DNA from: Diplonema japonicum
Taxonomy: Eukaryota; Protista; Euglenozoa: Diplonemea
NCBI GenBank assembly: GCA_964019335.1
Contig: OZ025661.1
Coordinates: forward strand, 186,001 to 250,000
Length of the DNA: 64,000 nt
Direction: 5' to 3'
Part shown: positions 59,348 to 64,000 of the stretch, piece after piece
Position numbering within the stretch: position 1 is the first letter of the stretch
Layout of the letters: every line of letters begins with the position of its first letter
Translations under genes and position numbers: made by a program
Notes under the pieces: generated by a model
What the model was told of the DNA's origin: nothing
Database searches by the model: none
Seen by the model: the letters and a program-made list of their open reading frames with translations, nothing else

Positions 59348-59351
<4 letters not shown>
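59129..59351 (-). mobile_element. 5'-truncated retroelement 3' end inserted in (T)n
   Basis: Encodes AIGFNRRPIFAS...KAMLQKGSINR*, homologous to IRGYSSRPVFAS...QKGSIKR* at 6151; A9 and about A31 flanks. Confidence 0.8.
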
Positions 59352-59385
<34 letters not shown>

Positions 59386-59430
59386 ACACATATTGCCCCA
59401 CCCCCCGCCCTTTGGTATGAGTTTCATGCC

Positions 59431-59480
59431 TTTTCTTTTCTTTTCTTTTCTTTTCTTTTCTTTTCTTTTCTTTTCTTTTC
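59431..59480 (+). repeat. (TTTTC)10 microsatellite
   Basis: Seen directly. Confidence 0.9.
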
Positions 59481-60007
59481 TTGTTCCAGAACCATAAAAT
59501 AAAATAAAAAATATATTGCATTCGTGTAAGAGAGAATAATGAAACGAAATCGCAAATGATGAGGGAAAGAGAAAGAAGAAGAAAAAAAGAGTACCTCAAA
59601 AAAAGAAAGGAGGGGAGGGAGAAGGGGGGGGAAACACAGACAGATAAGAGAGGGAAAAACACCCAGAAAAAAAGAGAACAAAAAAAAAAAAAAAAAAAAA
59701 AGGGGGACAAATAGAACGAAAAGGGTGGTGGTGAATAAATCTTTTTAAAAAAAAGATTTCACTTCCACTCCCCCCTCCAACCCTTTATTTTATTAGATAT
59801 TCCGTGCGTTGACCCAACCCACTTATTTCTTGCGGTCCACCCCCCCCCCCCCCCCCCCACAACACCCTTCTTTTTTCTTTTTCTTTTTTTCTTTTTTTTG
59901 TTACTTCTTTGTAATGTTTCTTCTTCTCCCCCCCTTTTTTTTCTCTTTTTTTGTTCTCCTCACCCAATGTAACTCCTACTACCACAACACCCGGCCTCCC
60001 TGGCCAA

Positions 60008-63000
60008 CTAAAATCTTATAAGCGGCCCACTCTCGCTTTTGTTCGTGAACACACTGTTTGCCCGTATGCTGCGTGTACTCCTAGTTTTTTTTTTTTTTCA
60101 AAAAAATCAAACCTTCCTCTCGGTCTTGGTGGTTTTGTAGCATCTTCGACTGACCGCGGGGTCAGCCTACCCTGTGAAGCCGCGCTGTACTGTGACACCC
60201 GTGACCCGTTCAAGGGGTTCCCGTTTCCAGTTCTCGTGAGCTCGAGGTAGTCCGACGCATGACGCCTCACCGAGTCCGCAGAGTCATAGGAATTATCACA
60301 CGACTGCGCATCGTCAGAAGCAACACCTTTGCCAAACGAACTAGGACGCTTCCCGAATGCAATATGAGGGATATTACTATAAGTGTCATCATCTACCTGC
60401 GGTGAGAGGCTGGCCCCCCTACCTCGCGTGTAAGGGTTGACGTGAGTTGGTGTTTCCAGAGCGTCCAGCATGGCAGGAGAGTCAGATACGTACATGGGAT
60501 GCAGAACTTCTGCCTTTGAACCAGTGAGTTCCACGTAGCACTGCATGTCTTTGCTGATCCCGCCGAAGAAGAACCAGTATTTAAGGAAGGTTACCAGTTT
60601 ACCGTCGCCGCCGTTTTCCATCCATTCTGAGTATTCATCGATTATGAACACGATGGTGTCCAGTAGGAATTTTGTTATGATGCACCACATTGCCATCAAC
60701 GCGAGGGTGTTCGCCCATGTTGCGCCCCAATGTTCAGTCGGTTTGTCCGAACCCATTGCAGCCAGTGTGCAGAACATCATCACAGTTTCCAGTGTCGCGA
60801 TCAACAGTTCTATGTGGTTCTCATACGGTGCGATGTAAGGCCGTCCAATGAGCAGGATCAGCGTGAACACCAACAGAACACCTGTCATTAGAGCAGCGCG
60901 GATCCAACAGTCTTGTCTATTTGTCGGCTGCCATGCTGTGAAACACGATAGGAGGAAGATCACGATCAGTTCGATTAACAGGAAGTATCGGAACCTCTTG
61001 GTGTACGCGTCGAATGCGAGGTGGTGCAGTGCGATCCAAACCTTGCTTTTTTTCTTCTCCTCCAGCCCTGCCCATTCGTAGTCGCCCCAGAATATCTTCG
61101 TCGCAAGCGTTTTTTCGCCTTGGTACGGGACGTACTCCGTGTACTTCGAGCATTTCTTCGCGACCCTCCACACGTAGAATGGGAACCCGAATACGAATGT
61201 CACCATGAGCGCTGCTCCTAAAAGTTTGAACAGTGATTCAGAGTACAAGATGGCGGTGATTGCACCCACAGTCGCGCCTCCGAAGAGGAAGGTCAGTGGG
61301 ACGAGGAGCCACCCGAATCTTGCTTTCATCAAGATGTACCGTTTGTCCACTGTGGCCGACATCGGCCTCGTTGGGTCGTCTTGGGGGTACTCCTTCTCGT
61401 CACCCACGATCCTCTTCACGACTCTGCCTCTTCTGTTGATATACCTAAACAATAGGCATGCAGCTATCCCGCAGCAACTCAAAAGCGCCAGATTGATTAT
61501 TATCCCGCCCACCACAGCTCCGTTGTAATATTTGTAATCCTCCAGTCCGTAGGTCAAGCCTAATGGGTTCAAGGTACGATCCAGCTTTTCCGGGCCGTCC
61601 CCGGGGCAGAGCATGGCTCGGGACGACAGCGCTAAAATTCCTGTTTTCGTGCCTGTGCTGGCACCGGAGGGCACAACAGAGTTTACCACTGTGAGCGCCG
61701 CGCTCGTTTTCTCACGGGATTCTTGCACATCTTTAGCACCCGAATTGAGCTCGGGTTTCACAGTGTACACATAATTGCACGGGCTTGGGCTTGCTTGGCA
61801 GTACTGTTCGGACCCTTCGAACGCCAGCATCGACGGTGCCATCTCTATCGTCACCTCCTCCTTCGACATTGTGTAGAAATCACTGTCCGCAAACGAAATC
61901 ACCAGCTCCGACCCGCTGCTGCTGACCGCTGCCGTGATGAACGAAGCGTTCTTTCTGTGCGTTGCGATGAACCCATTGTCGGAGTCGCCTGTCCCGGTGC
62001 CCACGCGCAGCACGAGCATCGTCCCCGGTTTCGGTTCTTCGTTAGGTGCGAGGACTTCCATCGTCAACATGCTTTTGTTGAACGACGCGCCCGACAGCGA
62101 GAACGTCAGTGTCACGTTGCCGCTCTTTATGTTTGTAGAGGAAAAGCCTGACTTCTCTTTTTCGCTGGGTTCCGTCATCTTCACTGTTCCCGGTGGCGGG
62201 ATGGTGGGCGGCGCTGCTGTTGGTGTGCTCGTCACCGGGACACCAGGAGGGAAGGTGGCGGGAATGCTTGTGGGAAGCTTCCCAGGCGGGTAAGTGGGTG
62301 GGGCTTGCGTATCGGGCGCGTCGGTCGGTGGCGTGTTCGGTGGGTAGGTGGGCGGGATGGGGGTAGGGAGCACATTGGGCGGGTAAGTAGCAGGCGCAGT
62401 AGTTTTGGGCGCCTGCGTATCAGGTACAGGTGTAGCAGGTGCAGTTGTTGGCTCGGCAGTGTCAGGAGCAGTCGTCTCGGGAGCCGGTGTAGCGGGAGGG
62501 GATGTCTTAGGCACCAGAGTATCGGGAGCGTCAGTGTTGGGTGCAAACGTTTTTGGCACTTGTGTGTCAGGAGCTATCGTGTTCGGAGCATTCGTGTCAG
62601 GAATACTTGTATCAGGAACTAGAGTATCGGGTGCTGTCGTGTCAGGAACGTTGGTGTCAGGAGCATCGGTGTCAGGGGCAACAGTATCAGGAACTAGAGT
62701 ATCGGGTGCTGTCGTGTCCGGAGCGTTCGTGTCGGGGACAGTGGTATCAGGAGCGGTAGTGTCAGGGGCATCTGTATCTGGGGCGTCTGTTGCAGGAGCA
62801 TCTGTGTCCGGTGCGTCTGTATCCGGGGCGTCTGTTGCAGGGGAGTCTGTGTCAGGAGCGTCTGTATCCGGTGCATATGTTGCAGGGGCGTCTGTGTCAG
62901 GAGCGTCTGTATCCGGTGCACTCGTTGGTTCTGCAGTGTCCGGTGCGGACGTGTCAGGAGCTGGCGTATCTGGTGCAGTTGTAGGCTGAGCTGTGGGCGG

Positions 63001-64000
63001 TGCGGGGGTATCAGGAGCTGGCGTATCAGGAGGACTTGTTGGCGCTGCTGTCGGGCACGGCTGCATCTCCCAGTTGTTGCTTGTTTTACAGTATGCCACC
63101 TGGCAAGTACCCAAGTTGTTTGTGATAGTACACTTTTCACCGACATTTACCGCCAGACCAGCCGCGCAATCAGGGGAGCTTGGGGTGCTTATGCCAGTTG
63201 TCACAAGCGAGTCGAACGGACAACCGCAACCACTGGGAGGGACTGTCCAGACACCGAGCCTGCATGAGGCTTTGTAGCATGCAACGGAGTTAACCATAAT
63301 ACTGCATGATTCACCAGTGTTTGTGATGTCGCCACTGGAGCATCTCGGCTCGACTCCTGAAGCGCCTACGGGCAGCGTTGGGACCAGAGTGTCCCACTCG
63401 CAAGCATTGGGTACGCAAAGATTGGTAGTCGCAGACCATATCTTTCCCGTGCAGGAAGGGACCTTGCAGCCATGCCCGGTCAGTTTAATGCTGCACTGTT
63501 CGGTGCTGGGCACCAGCGCTCCACTCTTGCAGGTATTTGGCTGTCCAGGCTTAACAGTGGCTGCATTCAAAACGAGCTCGTCAAACGCGCACTTGTCTGG
63601 TTCGCACACTGGTGCGCCACCTAAAGCTGGCGTCCACGTGGAAGAGGAGCTGCATGTTTTCGTGGCGCATGCCATGGTTGGATCAGTCCACATGCATGCA
63701 TCTCCTTCGGGTACGAACATCCCAGCAGAGCAGTTCACGTGAGATCCTGGTGCGAGTGTTGCAGAGGCTGGTACTGACAACTTGTTGTAGCCGCACTCCA
63801 CAACGCATATAATATCCGTTTCGTCCCATACACCTCCCTTGCACTGCACAGTGTTGCAGTGCTTGCCCGTCATATCAAACTTACATTTCTGGTTGTTAAT
63901 GACAGGGTTTGTCATGCAATCTGCTGTTGTTATCGTAGCACCATTGAGGTTCAGGTCGGTCGTCACACAACCACAAGCCACTCCTGACACATCCCACGAG
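60008..64000 (-). CDS. Large mucin-like multi-TM surface protein (Cys-rich repeats, TDAPD repeats about 62400-63040, multi-TM C-terminus); 5' end outside the window; intron 60081-60112
   Basis: ORF of 1324+ aa; a 32-nt GT...TAG intron gives the C-terminus ...GPLIRF*. Confidence 0.85.

Noticed and set aside
62400-63040. CRISPR-like array
   Set aside because: Degenerate 15/30-bp coding repeats (TDAPD) without unique spacers.
43-63742. Plus-strand ORFs and poly-K/poly-F/poly-G/poly-P ORFs in the track
   Set aside because: They are antisense shadows of minus-strand genes or translations of homopolymer runs.

Overview
Eukaryotic nuclear DNA, most likely a euglenozoan of the diplonemid type. This is an inference from four things: every host gene is on the minus strand as one polycistron-like unit, a 16-nt euglenozoan spliced-leader (SL) remnant is present, there is a class III adenylate cyclase, and there is a TDAPD-repeat mucin-like membrane protein. 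About 30 genes are interrupted by about 33 tiny GT-AG introns (32-71 nt), which explain most apparent frameshifts in the ORF track. Genes include an arylsulfatase (partial), dynein light chain, DPH1, a TOG/HEAT protein, a kinesin-5-like motor, an amino-acid transporter, alkaline ceramidase, ITPase, a bacterial-like GNAT, a pseudo-lipase/GTPase fusion, CRAL-TRIO, four related EF-hand proteins, an ankyrin-adenylate cyclase and two PAM2w micro-proteins. The most striking system is a family of non-LTR retroelements and derivatives with 8 pieces in the window. All lie in the sense of the polycistron and end in a hairpin, and 7 of 8 abut a (T)n tract rather than a poly(A) tail. The longest copy starts with the 3' end of the spliced leader and joins ORF1 to ORF2 through an in-frame UGA-CUA followed by a 2A-like GDIHPNPGP motif. 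The same 3' hairpin follows the 1022-aa lipase/GTPase gene. A decayed piggyBac element sits inside an intron and hides the true MGCCGSK N-terminus of one EF-hand gene.
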